From: Balanoglossus misakiensis
Taxonomy: Eukaryota > Animalia > Hemichordata
DNA length: 64,000 nt
Direction: 5' to 3'
Assembly (NCBI GenBank): GCA_040954595.2
Contig: CM082581.2
Location: forward strand, 10,725,099-10,789,098
In this document: positions 26,350 through 39,994 of the stretch, piece after piece
How the letters are laid out: each line of letters opens with the position of its first letter
How positions within the stretch are numbered: position 1 is the first letter of the stretch
The notes under the pieces: model-generated
Told to the model about the DNA's origin: nothing
What the model saw: only the letters and a program-made list of their open reading frames with translations
Database searches by the model: none
Position numbers and translations under genes: made by a program

Positions 26350-29300
26350 CGCAATTAGGCAAGTCTGGCTTGTCAAACTTTGAAGACTCAATGCGATTCA
26401 AACGATGGAAAGTTTGAGAAATGTGTCTATAGGCCCGAGACCTTGGCGTAGCGGGGGAGGAACCAGGATTTTGCAAAGATGCTAACGAAGGAAATCGCGC
26501 ACAGACTCAGCTAATTAAATCGCTTGAGAAGAGACTCTGCTAACAGACAACTTTACAAAAGGATGACTAGTCCTATACAGAGGAAATATATAAGTGATAG
26601 CAGTGAAGAGAAAACAGAACAAGATTATTATTGGTAAAGATCCAGTTCCTCTCAACTGTTACGTAAACGTGATGTAAAAGCTCTTCAGGTTTAAAAACAG
26701 AAAACGGGACCCTCGAGACAGAATATTCACAAAGAGCCTATTAAAGAAGTATGCACTCTACGGCACCAGCTGACAGGTGATGTCACAGAAATATAAGAAA
26801 AACAACAAAAACATCCAAGCTCAGCTCAGAAGTCCTTCTAGTTGATAGTTTCTGTCCCTGTCAGTCTGCAGTGGGTCTCTGTATGTCTGTCTGTCCTTCT
26901 GTCCTCACTCAACTACCCACTCACCCCATCCAACCACAAAAGGGCAAATATGCAAATATCCAAATAATGAGATCGTTGCCAGGCAGGCAGGCAGACAGAC
27001 AGACAGACAGACACACGACACACACCCGTACGGCGAGACATCACGTGATGTGTGGCGGACGAAACCTTGCCCACGTGAATATAATTTAATGCCAACTTCA
27101 GTAACAAATATACGCCGCGAATTTAGGAAGAGAGATGGGGTGGGGATGACTACTTCTACTGCAGCCGATTGCAAATTACCATTCTAGAAATTCTGTCTGT
27201 ACCATGAAAACCAGTCTAGTTTTTTTTTTTAATCGTAATTGGCCATACATATCGCCCCTGGTTACAGTCACTGCATATATTACCTGTTCGGCTTGCATTG
27301 AGAGACTGCAATATTTTAACCTATTAAAGCAAGCCTCCGAGCAGGAAATATTTTTTTTTATATTATCACTGAAATCTGGTGCAATTTAATCACAGGGATG
27401 ATCGTTCATCTTTTGCAAAATCTTCAATTCCCCGTCCTTCGGCGAGGCAATATACTCTCGGTTTACTGACATCACAGATCTCGCATGTTGTTCGTGCGTG
27501 ATTGTACTGTGGATAGATCTCAGTGCGTGCAGGGGTCGGGGCATCCAGAAATGCTGTACGTATAGATTTCCTGGGCATCTAAGCGAACATGATAGCCACG
27601 TAAACAACATTCAGATTTGATTTTTTGTGATACATTACTGTAATGGGTGTATTTTCGCAGTAAGAATACCCGCGCAACGCAACCTTTAGTCGATTTTTTA
27701 TTTAAAAGCGTTGATTTCTATCAAACATTTGTTTTACTTTGGTGAAGTTTCGTGTTGTTAAGAAAGTAACCTGTTTTAAGAGTGGTTTTTTTTCGTTTTT
27801 CGCACTAACCGTTATGCAAATACCATATCTGCGGTAAATGTTTATACATGTCGCCCGTGGATGTGACCTTTCCTAAAACGTTTCAAATAAATCAATAAAT
27901 CGCGCGTCAATTAACACTATCAAAGTGTGAACACACGACGCCCATATTATCAGCACGAGAAGGTCATATTACGTCTGCTGCCATCAGAATTTCCTATTAA
28001 TAACTTCGCCCTTTTATTTAATCCGCTGATTCGTTTTATTATTTGTATGTTGTAAGATGCTTAGAACAGAAGCACGTAAGCTTATCACAAAATGTATTAA
28101 ATATATTGCGAAATAGAAAGCCGGCGCATGATCAAACGTTCTAGTTTGGATACCCTTAGACTTTACAGGGAAACAAAAAATAGATAAAAGTATGCTAGCA
28201 TATTTAACAATGTCATATCGCTTTATTCTGCGGGCAACTAACGAACACTACAATGGCAAGTTCACAAATCTACCGAACATTGAACTGCACAATTGCAATT
28301 CAAGTTCAAAAATGCACCGAGTATTGAACTGCAGGACAGCTAAGTGGCCTTGGGCGATTCTGTCGAACAAATCACTAAAGATGGTATATAAGGAAGCTAG
28401 TTTAATCGTAAACCTACTACCTCCCTCTGTTGACTTGGCCTGCTTAAAATGTTAATGCTTAAAAAGAACGTGGAGTCGAGTACCTCACTCTGCCAACGGC
28501 AAACACAAAACACATTAGGACGATAGACTGTTCGTGCACATAACACGAGCAACGGAAGTATCACATAAATTAACGAACTGAAATTTGTTTCACAGTTGAA
28601 GGCTGTTACGATGTCGAAGGGCCTCGCCTCGCCACTCATTGCGCTAGTTTGAACACTACAACTAAATATAGCGTGTGAATGGAGGCGAGGGAGGACTGAT
28701 TCAAATGTGTCTAAATAAGGAACATGAAAGAAACCCGATTTCGTTTCAAAACTGACATCGATCGAATTGCGAGCACACGGTTTACGAATTTACGAGATCG
28801 ATTCATAGATACAGCCCAGAAAAAAGTAACTGAAATAAAAACCCTTTTAACAGCACTGGTTTGATTTTTATTGATTTCGCTTGTAGTTTAATCCGCACGG
28901 TTTTGAGCCAAGCGTATCATGATCCAAGTCATTCGGGACAAACTTGCAATTTGTGTAACACAATGCAAAGTACAAGCACACAATAATGAGATCAACAAAA
29001 CGAATGTTAAATAGAAACCTCGGTATGAATAATTGTCCTATATTCATTGTAATATTCTTCATCAGATTATGTCGTATCTTTGGCAGCAACTGAACAGAAA
29101 TATGCCGGCAGGTTTTGCCAGTGTTAATTGATGTACATGAACCCTTTTGCTTCCGTGCAACCGGGTCCCTGGGAAAAACAATGAGCCATTTCACTCTTGA
29201 TGGACAGCTTCGCAACATCAACACCTTTGGAAGTTCGATACGTGGCCCCCGTGACATCGATTCGATATCCGGAATCCAAAAACATGTATAACGATCTTCC

Positions 29301-32185
29301 TGTCAATCATAGTTTGGTAAACACCCAAGACCAAACGTGCGCATCATCACGTAACTTGAAGATATACGAAACTTTTTTTTCAGGTATGGTTTTATTCTTT
29401 TGAAGGCAGTCATGAAAACTGAGTTTCCAAGTGTTTTGATTATCTGGTTCTGGCCAAAAACTAACCGACTTAAAGTCTCGGCATTATGCGCTTTGTCATT
29501 TCCTCTCTCTCACGAAGGTCGTTGGACCTTTTGCAGAATCGTCCTTGTCCGATACGTCTTCTGACGTAGCCTGACCTTTTTTGCAATAATCACTGGCATT
29601 CCTCGCGTGATATTCCTTCAATAATCCGAGTGACTCTCCTATGGCTGCTCCGGGCTGTCTGTTCTTGCAACCTGACGCCGCTGATTTCAACCGCGCATTG
29701 TCCGCCATATTGTTCTAAGTTGCACACGGCATCTGCAAACTTCTGCAGCCACGATCATTCGGGTAATAAGCAATTGAACGTGGAAAGTAACTTTTTATGG
29801 CTGTCCGGGGGATCACTAGTCTTTTTATTTACGAGATTTGCTATATTCATGACGTTATTACACCATCCGAAAATCTTTCTGAGCAGTCTGGGAAGCGCCA
29901 GTGGGGCCTGAATGTCGCCTTTGGGGATGGTACGTAGGTATATAAGTCCAACGTCCGCGCGCACGGGTCGTTAGGGAGCATTCAGAAATTACAGGGGCGT
30001 GGGCCGATGAAATGGGGACGGTCCATCAATGTGTGAATTTTCCTCAACATCCCTTTCTAATATATTACCCCGACCAGTTCCCCCGGCCCACCCACCCTCT
30101 GCAATTCCTGAAGTCTCCCTTAGCTCGACGGCAGCCCTCCCACTAATGAACGCGGAGCGTCCGGCTGCCCGGAAAGCGGACACCTCGGTAGGCGAAGATG
30201 CGTAGGTATCAACTCGAATTTCGTATTTCAGATCAAACATTTAGCAATTTAGGTCACGCTCAATTCATAGCGATTACGCCCAGGCACGATTTACAGATTT
30301 ACAGACACTATAACTGATGACTTTTGTTCCCTTGTAGCCCGGATGTTGGACTGAAGCGGTGGCGTTTGACACATGTGCGTGGAATACGGGTGGAAAGTTT
30401 TTATAAAATGAAATTCGACAAACGCGACTCGTATCCTACAGTTCATATCCGGGAATCACGACGGTGAAAATAATATTAAATACATTTGCACATCAAATAT
30501 GGTCCATTCATATCAGCAACAGTGATACAGTGATGTATCTTACTTTCCGCTCAAGGGTTTACATTATATCCACTGCAGACAAAGTCAGTTCTGTTCTCGT
30601 CCACTTTTCTCGTCTGCACACGCTTTAAAACCACGTTTGCGTGCTTCTGGACATTTATAACGCCAATTATGTCTTTCAAATATCACGACTCCACGTCTAG
30701 GGCAGCCAGCAAGCAGTTTTTGTCAACAACAGTCTAGCTATGGGGCGAGTGACAAAACACCGACCAGAACTACCTACACATACGGATAGAAGCGAGGCGC
30801 GCATTTGTGTACAAATGTATACTGAATAGTGTGGGGGTGATACCTTAGGATATTGACGTCTTACCCCCGCAGATGATACACACGAATCCATTGACTGTAT
30901 TGCCCGCCTGACTTGTGAGTACTTTGAGTGTTGCCGACACGTGGCTTGAATCAGACCTCCAAGATATCCAAGTACATGTATACCACTACCTTCTCAACAT
31001 TTTGTAATTGCACGGTCACTTCAACACAACTGAGCATCTGTTGCAGAATTAGACCGCCACAAAAATCAAGGTTCAAACAGCAACTATGATTCAAACATCA
31101 GCACCATTGTACAGTTAGCACAGTACCTCTGGTGAAAGCTATGTACAGAATGGTTCCATTTGATGAGTTTTTCCCTGGATATTCTAAGTCTGTCATGTGA
31201 TCTCCTCTATGTGGTACGGCCTATATCAAAGTATTTCAGTCTTGATTTCTAGATCTGTTATTCCACCCCCACCTCCCTTTTCACATGACACAGAGAAAAA
31301 AAAAACATTTCCGGCTGTTTTCATCAGTTCATGCATGCCATACTCCTGACTCGATAGCGCGGTGATTAAAAACAGAGGACTATTAGCCTTCTCCGTGGGT
31401 GAAGGGCTTATCACAACGAAATATAACGCAATCAGGCATATCGGGCGTCGGTCATATCGGCTGTAGGCGAGTCGTGCATTTCGGGCGTGCTGAGGACATA
31501 TTTTCAATTAATCATGTGATTGAAACCCGGCTTGGCTAATTTTCTCAGATTCTACATGACATTTAATACTCGGGGAATGAGGAAAACCCCCAAGGACATG
31601 TCAACCAGCAGGTTTTAACAAACAAGGACTTAGCACCGACTCACGACAAAAACTCAAATGTCGCCGAACCAAATGATACTTTAATGACCCTATCGGCCAT
31701 CTTGTGTGGTTTCCATTTGCGTCACCAACTCAACAAGGAATGTGATGAAAAAAATGGATCACGGAATTAAGAGTGTTGTCTAAAATCAGGATTCTCCCGA
31801 ACAGAAAAATAAAAATCCCAAGATATCCCCAGCAACACAAAAAAGTGACTTCATTCTGTCCTGCGAGGCGATCAATTTCATGCATGAGATTAGTTACACA
31901 ATCAATTTCGGGACAAATCGACCTCATCAGGAGACCACGTGATTAAAACAAGAGGTGTTGTTCTTTCTGTGCGAGTTCGTAAAAAGCCCCAACAACTTAA
32001 GAAGTGACGCCGAACGTGCGAAACAGCTAAATATTCGCTTGAATTGGCAAACGACGATTTGCTTGTGGAGAACTCGACACCACCGCAATATAAACAGGCT
32101 CGTATTGCAGCGCGCAGCGGAGACGATCAGTTGCCCAACAGCAGATGAACGGTTACCGTGGAAACGACATACTCCCCCCTGACTT

Positions 32186-32267
32186 AGCATTTTCACTTTT
32201 AGGAATGCCGGAACTGTCGGAGAAAGCAGCATTTTCGCTATTAAGATCGGCGGAATTGTCAGAGAAA
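32186..32267. repeat. Diverged 42-bp tandem duplication
   Basis: agcattttcacttttaggaatgccggaactgtcggagaaagc followed by agcattttcgctattaagatcggcggaattgtcagagaaa. Confidence 0.6.
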
Positions 32268-34356
32268 CCGTATGTACATCGTCTTTGTTTCTCCTGTTAT
32301 ACACCTACGAGGTATGGCCACTGCATCGTCTTCTTCTTCAATTATATGTATCGACGATCGGTCGTGAAACCACGCACAATCTCCCCCTCGTCGAAATGTC
32401 ACTTACTCCAACATAAAGGAAATCTTAGCTTATTTGATAATCAAAATAACGCAACAACAAAACATCATTACGTCAACGGCCTACGCGCAAACTCCAGCAC
32501 TCATCTATAACTAAACATTTCGTTCATACCATACATGTAATTGCAAATCGGAGGCGGTTGCAAAATCATGTCAAATGTAATCAAAATTCACTGAAGATAC
32601 ATAAGTCGTCTGTTATATGTTACATTGTGGGTTGATATTATACCGGACTATACGCGTGGTATTTTACAACAGTGTTTGCGTGTAAATGGTTTTTATCGAA
32701 ATTTGAATTCAAGTAACCAAGCGCCGGAGAGCGTTACATGATTTATCACGTGGGCATTTACAACTACTTGTCCTGAACTCCACTGGACTAAAATACAAGT
32801 TGCACATTTACCCTTATTCGAGACACCTGAGCCAAGTCTTATCTTAATACTGCAGAACAAACTTCACAATTTCCTGAGAGCATGAGATGTTTCTAACTGC
32901 CTGTAACTCGACCACCGTTTAAGAAGCGGCAGACGAAGTCAGGTACAGTGGCTCTAAAATAACCTTTGAAGCTTCTATTGCCCTGATGAGTTGAACACGC
33001 ACATGTTCCCGAAGAAGTATTGTGACAGCTAATTAATCTCCAGGGGGAGTTTTACCAGACATTGGTGAGAGTATCTAAGGGAGTTTTCATTTATCATGAA
33101 GGGGCGGGCTAATACAGCCCTAATATGTCTTCAGGGGAACTTTTAGAGATTCGCCTGACATATCCTCCGGTGCGTAAACAACGCAAATTAAAAACCCATT
33201 GCCTCAAAAAACAATCTGCTATCCCCGTCTTCAAAAAGTGAATTGATAGTTATAATACTCATTTAACCCCCAAACAGGATCGTGCCGATGACGCACACAT
33301 ACAGCACACGGGTATATCATTGTGTACTGTACATTCTCCGCAGGACCATTATCTTTGCAATAACAAGAAAACACGACTTTTCTTTACAGATGAACTCTTG
33401 GTAAACTACGCACTTTTACATCTTCGCTTGCTAAGGTTTATTGTCCCGGCAGACTTATGCTCCACGAAAACGATTAATCAGTTGGGGAAACTGTAGTCGA
33501 GCTATCGACCCGTGCCAGCGGATGACGGCACTTTACATATTCGTCGCGTTCCTGCTAAAGTCAGTTTTCACATCAGTGTGGCTTGTGGGCATTCGATTTG
33601 GGTGACGGCATTCTAGATTTCACGTCAAAGGTTATAATTTCAACGGTGTCATGTAGGCCTATATATCGCTGCTACGCCTGAAGATTGAATTGAATTTCAC
33701 CAGAGATATGCGTGTAGAAGTTTTACGAAAAGGGGTAAGTTGGGAGGGGTACGTTTTGACGCCCCCCCCCCCCCACAAATGGCGTTTTCACGCTGTTCCA
33801 GGAAACCAAGTAATTGGCATAATGTTCCATTAAAAATAAATCTTGGCACAATTATCTACGTCAACTCAATAGGATAAAAGTTGTTAATTTTCACGTTTCC
33901 TGTCTAAATGGTTAGTGCTCATGCGCATTGCGCCTTCACGAAACAAGTTTTTTTTTAGTTTAATAATAGAAAACTTCAATTCAGTTCCATCAGACGAACT
34001 TTTAAAGGAATTTGTCTCGTTACGTATACAGAATTGTATTCGTTGTATGCCCGCTGGTCGCTTTTGAAGGCAGGCCTAAAGTCAGTCGGGGGTGTATAGA
34101 TGCATCGTATTGAAACGCTCACGTTAACAAATTATCATTTCAATCACTGCTTTTTACATATTGTACACGGCAAAGAAAACGCCTTGAGAAAAAACACGTA
34201 ATTGCTATGCTTTGATAGCGAATGAGGGTGTCATTGTGGAACCACGCCCCCTCACCATTTTCACGTTGAGGGCGTCATGCGTATTGGCAGTAGTGGACCT
34301 TGGAACACAGACTGTTACACACGCACAACAGGTTGTCGCTTCGAGTGGACTTCAAA

Positions 34357-37300
34357 ATGACCAGTACCGCAGCAGCCACAGTCAAGTTTCTTCTACTCTG
34401 CTGCTTCTTTGGTGCGTATATAATCACCGTTGGAAGTTGCAACCCGTCTGTGGCGGTGAAGAGTCAGGGACAGAGAGCAACGAAATATCTCGGCGGACGC
34501 AGCCAGCCGAAACTTCAAGTACAAGTCCTGCCAAAAACCGTGACACCAGACAGCTACTCGAATGTGGACGTCGACACCAACAAAACATTGAGAACGGTCA
34601 GCGACAAATTCCTCTCCTTTGCGATCGATGCCTTCATGATCCGCAATCACTGGCATTACCACGGACTCAACTTTAGGTAAGGCGGAAATCTTTGATTGGC
34701 CTTGAAAGACCTTGGAAATTGGGCGTAATTTTGGTAAACAATTCAAAACTATTTTATTACTTTTCTCTGGTTTCAAATCCTATTATCAGGTCGAGTTCAC
34801 ATTGAAACTTCACAGAAAAGTTTTCTTTTGAATGCACCTTCGAATGTTTAGTTGCCGGCTGCCTTTCAGACCGGTGGATTTTCTATAAGGTGGAGACTAT
34901 AGCACGGTCACATTGGAGTCACATGCCGATGTACACACATTGACTCAGGCCCATTCACAAAACTTGTGACAGACTCTCGGTGTTGATGTTACCGGGCCAG
35001 TTTGTTTTTATGTCTCTTCTTCAATTGTTTCCACCGTTCACAATAGAGATTTTGCCGCGTGACAATCACATGTTGTGTCAGCAGAGTCCAATTGTTTGGA
35101 TGAATGAAAGGCCGAGTCGTATACGATGACGTCGGAAGTACGAAAACAATGTTGACCAATGCAACACGTTCAGACAGAATGAAAAGTTCAATCGGGGGGT
35201 CAAATTTAACCAAAGCCCTGGGAATGAGTACCGAGTGATCGACGGCCAACTCCTTCTGATCATGTAATCTAAAAAAAGTTTCCATTTTCAGTTCACCTAG
35301 GCTGCTGACCCTTGCAAAGCCCCTCGTTCCGGGATATCTACGTGTAAGTGGCACAGCTGCGGACTTCTTAATTTTCGACGAAAATACAACGTCACTTCCG
35401 CCTGCTGATGACGACTTCAAGTTCGGCAATGACAACAATTTTACGATGACAGGTACATGTAAACTTTCGACGTATCGTTGGAACAAAATCTCGAAAGACT
35501 TACTGACGTGTGTGTTTTGTGATTTTTACAACGGTTTACCAGACACCTCTTGCAGCCGTAGCTTTAGTCAATGGTAGGATGATGCGTGTCACGTGTGGAG
35601 TAGGACGAGCTCACTCTTTTCTAAACAGCTTATATCAGTTCTCGTAATGACCCGCTTCATACTGAATATTTCTTACTTTTTCTATCGTCTACTGATTGAT
35701 TTCAGAGCAAGACTGGGACACCATCAATGAATTTGCTATCAACGTTGGATGGCAACTGATATTTGGATTGAACGTATTGTTACGTGGCGATGACGGAAGA
35801 TGGAACCCAAGCAACGCTTTGAAGCTGATGAAGTATACCACTGAAAGGGGATACCGTGTAGATTGGGAGTTGGGAAACGGTGAGCTCCAAATTTACCCTT
35901 ATAATTATTATTCAGAGTTGATAAAACTCTGAAATCATGACAATCTCGTGTTTTGACCGTCTGATAACAGTCAACCTCACTATTCTTGTGTTTCCGTAGA
36001 GCCAAACTTGTTTCCGGGAAAAGCCAATATAACCGTTCCACCAGAAATTCTTGCGAAGGATTTCGCAACTCTCAGGAACATTTTGAACAACGAAGCCGAC
36101 CTTCGCGACAGTCTTTTATTCGGTCCTGACACAACTAAACCATTTGGAGAAGTAAATGCTGACTCGGGGCTTGAATTTTTGGACGGGTAAGTTTTCTCCA
36201 AATGTTCTTTTGAGATCAATGGTGTAAGAGGAACATACTTCAGTTGAACGATATGTACGCTTATAACAGGAATACTGCATTTTTTTCATACCCTAGGTTT
36301 GTATCTGCGTGTGACGTCACCAACGCAACAACATTCCACCAGTATTACCTTTGTAGCCGCCCGCCGACCCCCGAGAGCTTCTACGACCCAGACAACCTAG
36401 CGATTTTGCCCAAGCAGATCGAAGCCGTGAAAAGTGTCGTTGAACAGCACAGACCGGGGTCTGCAATATGGCTGGGTGAAACGGGAACCACGTGTTCTGA
36501 TGGTTCGTCTGCGCTCTCCATGACATACGTAGCAGGGTTTATGTAAGTATACGGTATAAATCTAACCTAACGATGAACCATAAGACTGGCACACTATGCG
36601 AACGTGAAAATAGCATTAACAGCTCTATCGAAAAATCTACCTTGGAGACATAGTGTTTCCTTATACCATATAATAAGCGCCTGTTATGGCACACTAAGTG
36701 AAAATTTCAAGAAAATTACAATATTGCAACAGTGTTTTCTCTACATTCCACGTACAAAATTAAGGAATAATATAACCATGCACTGCATCTGCTCTGCTGC
36801 ATCTGGGCAGTCCACTACCCTAAAATATGCAAATGATCTCACGTTTTAGGTGGCTCGACAAACTCGGCCTAGCTGCGGCGGGAGGTCTTGACGTTGTCGT
36901 TCGACAAACATTTTACGGCGATCACCAGACTACGGTTGAAAACGATCTCACTCCTTTACCGGCAAGTTTATGCTATTTTGTGTCGACTGTAAAAATTATG
37001 GCGTTGTTTCCCCCCTACCTTTAGGTTCATGGACAAATTAGGCATCGGTGCATCTCGGGGCTTAGACGTTGTAGTTCGTCAGACTTTTATCGCGGGTGAG
37101 CAGGCGATGATTGATGATGACGCCATACCTCTTCCGGCAAGTGGATGTTTAAATAATACTCAGATTTCATGGAATCTTTTCCGGATAAATACATCCCATA
37201 ATGTGTAAGATTCACCATGATTGTTATTCGAGAAACCTGAAGTCAGGTCATGACTTTTAATTAATTGGTCACCAATACCAATAATAAACCAAGATCTAAT

Positions 37301-38321
37301 TGTATCTTTGTTCAGGACTACTGGCTGTCGGTCTTGTACAAAAGACTTGTCGGACGCAGAGTACTAAGAACCAACGTTGCATCAAAAACCGGAGGAAAAT
37401 CCAACACTGGTGACCGACTTCGGGCCTACGCTCACTGCACAAGAACTGAAGGGTATTGTACACTTTACGCTCGCTCCAATATGATCGACAGTTCGCGACT
37501 ACATTATCAGGGGATGCTATTTACATTTCCAATATACGTTCAGTGGCCTAAGCAAGATTTCCTTTCTTTAAACTCGATTTTAGAACCAACTACAAGCCGG
37601 GCTCTGTGACGTTGTACACGATGTCACTGTCAGCCAATGAGACTACGACCGTATCTCTGACAAGTGTCAAGGGTTCCACCATTACTGACCAGTACCTATT
37701 GACAGCTCACGAAGGAGATGACGTCACGACTACGTAAGTAGTCCGAAATTTTTGCTTCGAAAGTGTCACGGAGTAAGGCATTCCGTTGTCACGGAAACGG
37801 CATTTGCTTGTATTATGGCAGTGGTGTGGGCCCCCCGTTGTTACATTCGGCTAAAAGCCGACTTTTACAACTACACTTGATAAAATGATCCTACCTTGAA
37901 ATCGTAGAACACCCGTGGGACTTTGTCACCTCAGATTATTTGTCCGTATGCTTGGTCTGATGCAACTTCGATGCCGGAGAGTCAGTTAACTTGATTTTGC
38001 AATTCCCCTCGGGCTAAGCTTGATATCTGTACGCACAAAGAGAAACATATTTGTCCGTGTTGTATTTGCTAACGCTGTGCCAAGACGTGGTTCATTGTAT
38101 GTGGCAGAATAAATACACTGTTACACTAGCAATGGGATAATGTTTTTCTTTTTTCCACATGCAGACGAGTGGACCTGAATGGGAAAGTTCTGGAGTTGGT
38201 GGACGACCACACTTTGCCCGACATGAGTCCACGCCGCATCAAAGCCTCAGAAATTCAGCTACCGCCCTTGTCTATGGGCTTCTTCGTCCTCACCGATGCA
38301 AACGCCGCGGCTTGTCTGTAA
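34357..38321 (+). CDS. HPSE: Heparanase-like glycoside hydrolase family 79 protein
   Basis: Exons: 34357-34676, 35292-35452, 35706-35879, 36000-36186, 36297-36542, then either 36850-36961 or 37025-37136, then 37316-37452, 37584-37733, 38165-38321. All phases join. N-terminal hydrophobic signal. Motifs FLSFAID, YLRVSGTAADFLIFD, LIFGLN, WELGN|EPN (acid/base Glu split across an intron), LFGPD, TFHQYY, IWLGET (nucleophile), GFMWLDKLG, PLPDYWLSVLYKRLVG, LRAYAHC and a C-terminal NAAACL. The symbol denotes the family, not strict orthology. Confidence 0.95.
36850..36961 (+). CDS. HPSE: Heparanase alternative exon A (WLDKLGLAAAGGLDVVVRQTFYGDHQTTVENDLTPLP)
   Basis: Acceptor ttttag|G, 112 nt, phase 2 to 0, donor CCG|GCAAGT (GC-type). 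Confidence 0.9.
37025..37136 (+). CDS. HPSE: Heparanase alternative exon B (FMDKLGIGASRGLDVVVRQTFIAGEQAMIDDDAIPLP)
   Basis: Acceptor cctacctttag|G, 112 nt, same phases as exon A, open frame, donor CCG|GCAAGT. Too short to appear in the ORF track. Confidence 0.85.
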
Positions 38322-39994
38322 CAAACGCGCCATGTTCTAACCACGTATACATAGAACTTGCACGCAACGTTTAAATGTGAACACAGTGTCAGGCAGCACT
38401 AGAAAATATTTGAGCATCAGAACAGACGACGTTCTTGTCGATGGCTTCGCTTATAAACTGCCGCGGGTTACTGCATTGAATGCAAAGGACGTGCAAACGT
38501 TGCTTTAACATTTACATTGTCATCTGACTTTGGCACAATTCTACGATATCTGGCTCGTTTATTCATTGGTTTTGCCATGGTTACTTTCAAACTTTCAGAG
38601 AAAAAACAAAACGAAAATCAAATGACAGACGCATATTTTGATAGAGCAGATTTTTTTACATGCGATTCAGTACAAGAAAACAAATGTGGTATGATTTTTT
38701 TTCTTGTCAAAAATAAATATATGCTATGACTTGAAATAGATTAAGAGCAAACAGTAAGAGAACAGGTAAGGAAATTATCTAAAGATGTTTGATCCTATTT
38801 GAAGTTATCAACCGACACTGGCTACTGGTGCAGCCTATGAATAACCTGGCATCCAATGAAGACGTCAGGCGATATTTCTGTACAAAGAAGTAGGAGAAGT
38901 GTTGTTCTTTAAATATATTAGAGTATGGTCAGCTTCGGAACTCTCCTCACTGGGAGGACGCGTGGAAACTGGTTAGTATCGGCAAGTACTGTGTCAGGGA
39001 CAGTGGAACAGGTTCACTATCGTTCACGAGCGGGGAACACGTTGAGGGAAATACATAGCCTACCACGGGCAGACGATGGCAGCTCGGCCATAACCTGAGT
39101 TCCTAGTTTTGCTCTACACAACAGGAGCTGAAAAACCACCCGTGCACAAAACTCACTTGGTTACAATAACTCTGCGAAAACTACGGGTAAATTCTACTCA
39201 CGTTTAGAAGGCAAGTTTCGGTTTGGGATCAACAGGCTGGACACGTGTACTGCCCAGTTTTAGGTTACATGTATTTTCACTGATGAAACAGAGACGCTGG
39301 TTGGACACTTGGGTCAGAAGTATGCAAATTCACACAGCCACCAACAGCATCCGTGCATATGCAGTGGCCACGTGTAAATATTCCTTGCACAGGTGTACAC
39401 CAGGTGGTAGAACTATCTAGACTTTAACACCTTCGTTTATGACTTGACGCACAGATCACATAGTTTGGGGCCCCGTTTCCCGTACATATATTCATAATGT
39501 GGGCGCTTTTGATTTGCTTGATCAACGAGGAAAGGGCTTCTGAACTGTCTCCGTAATCTGTCTTTTCCGTTCATGGTAAAATGGGTCGTGTGCTAGAAGC
39601 CACAAGGACATGAGGTCACAGTTCATTGGTTACTTGACCTCCGAGCTCGAGTCATTTCCGTAGTCTGCCTTCTGATCCGAGGCCATTGTTGGATATACTT
39701 ATACATGTGCTTGTATCTGTTGTAAGCAGAAACTTGACCGAGACGTGATACAAATTACTACCCAGGCGATCATCACGGTGAACATGCATACCAAGCAATC
39801 TGTGGTCATACAATAACATACAGGGTAGAGACTGCCTATGCTTTACATGTAAACTTCGGCCAGTGCAAAGTACATACATTGGAACCAGTGGCCTTTGGAC
39901 GCGTTTAAACTGTGTATATACCTACGCCTACAAAATCCGAAAAGGGACGCGTTTCTTCCATTTGTAATGTTTTCTGTGCACATTTGATTTCGGC

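Noticed and set aside
32983-33017. CTGATGAG...GAA, hammerhead-ribozyme-like core
   Set aside because: It has GAAG rather than GAAA, and there is no valid stem I or NUH site.
34989-35486. 165-aa minus-strand ORF and similar antisense ORFs over the heparanase, MFS, clarin and CDC25 exons
   Set aside because: These are shadows of real exons on the opposite strand, with no recognisable motifs.
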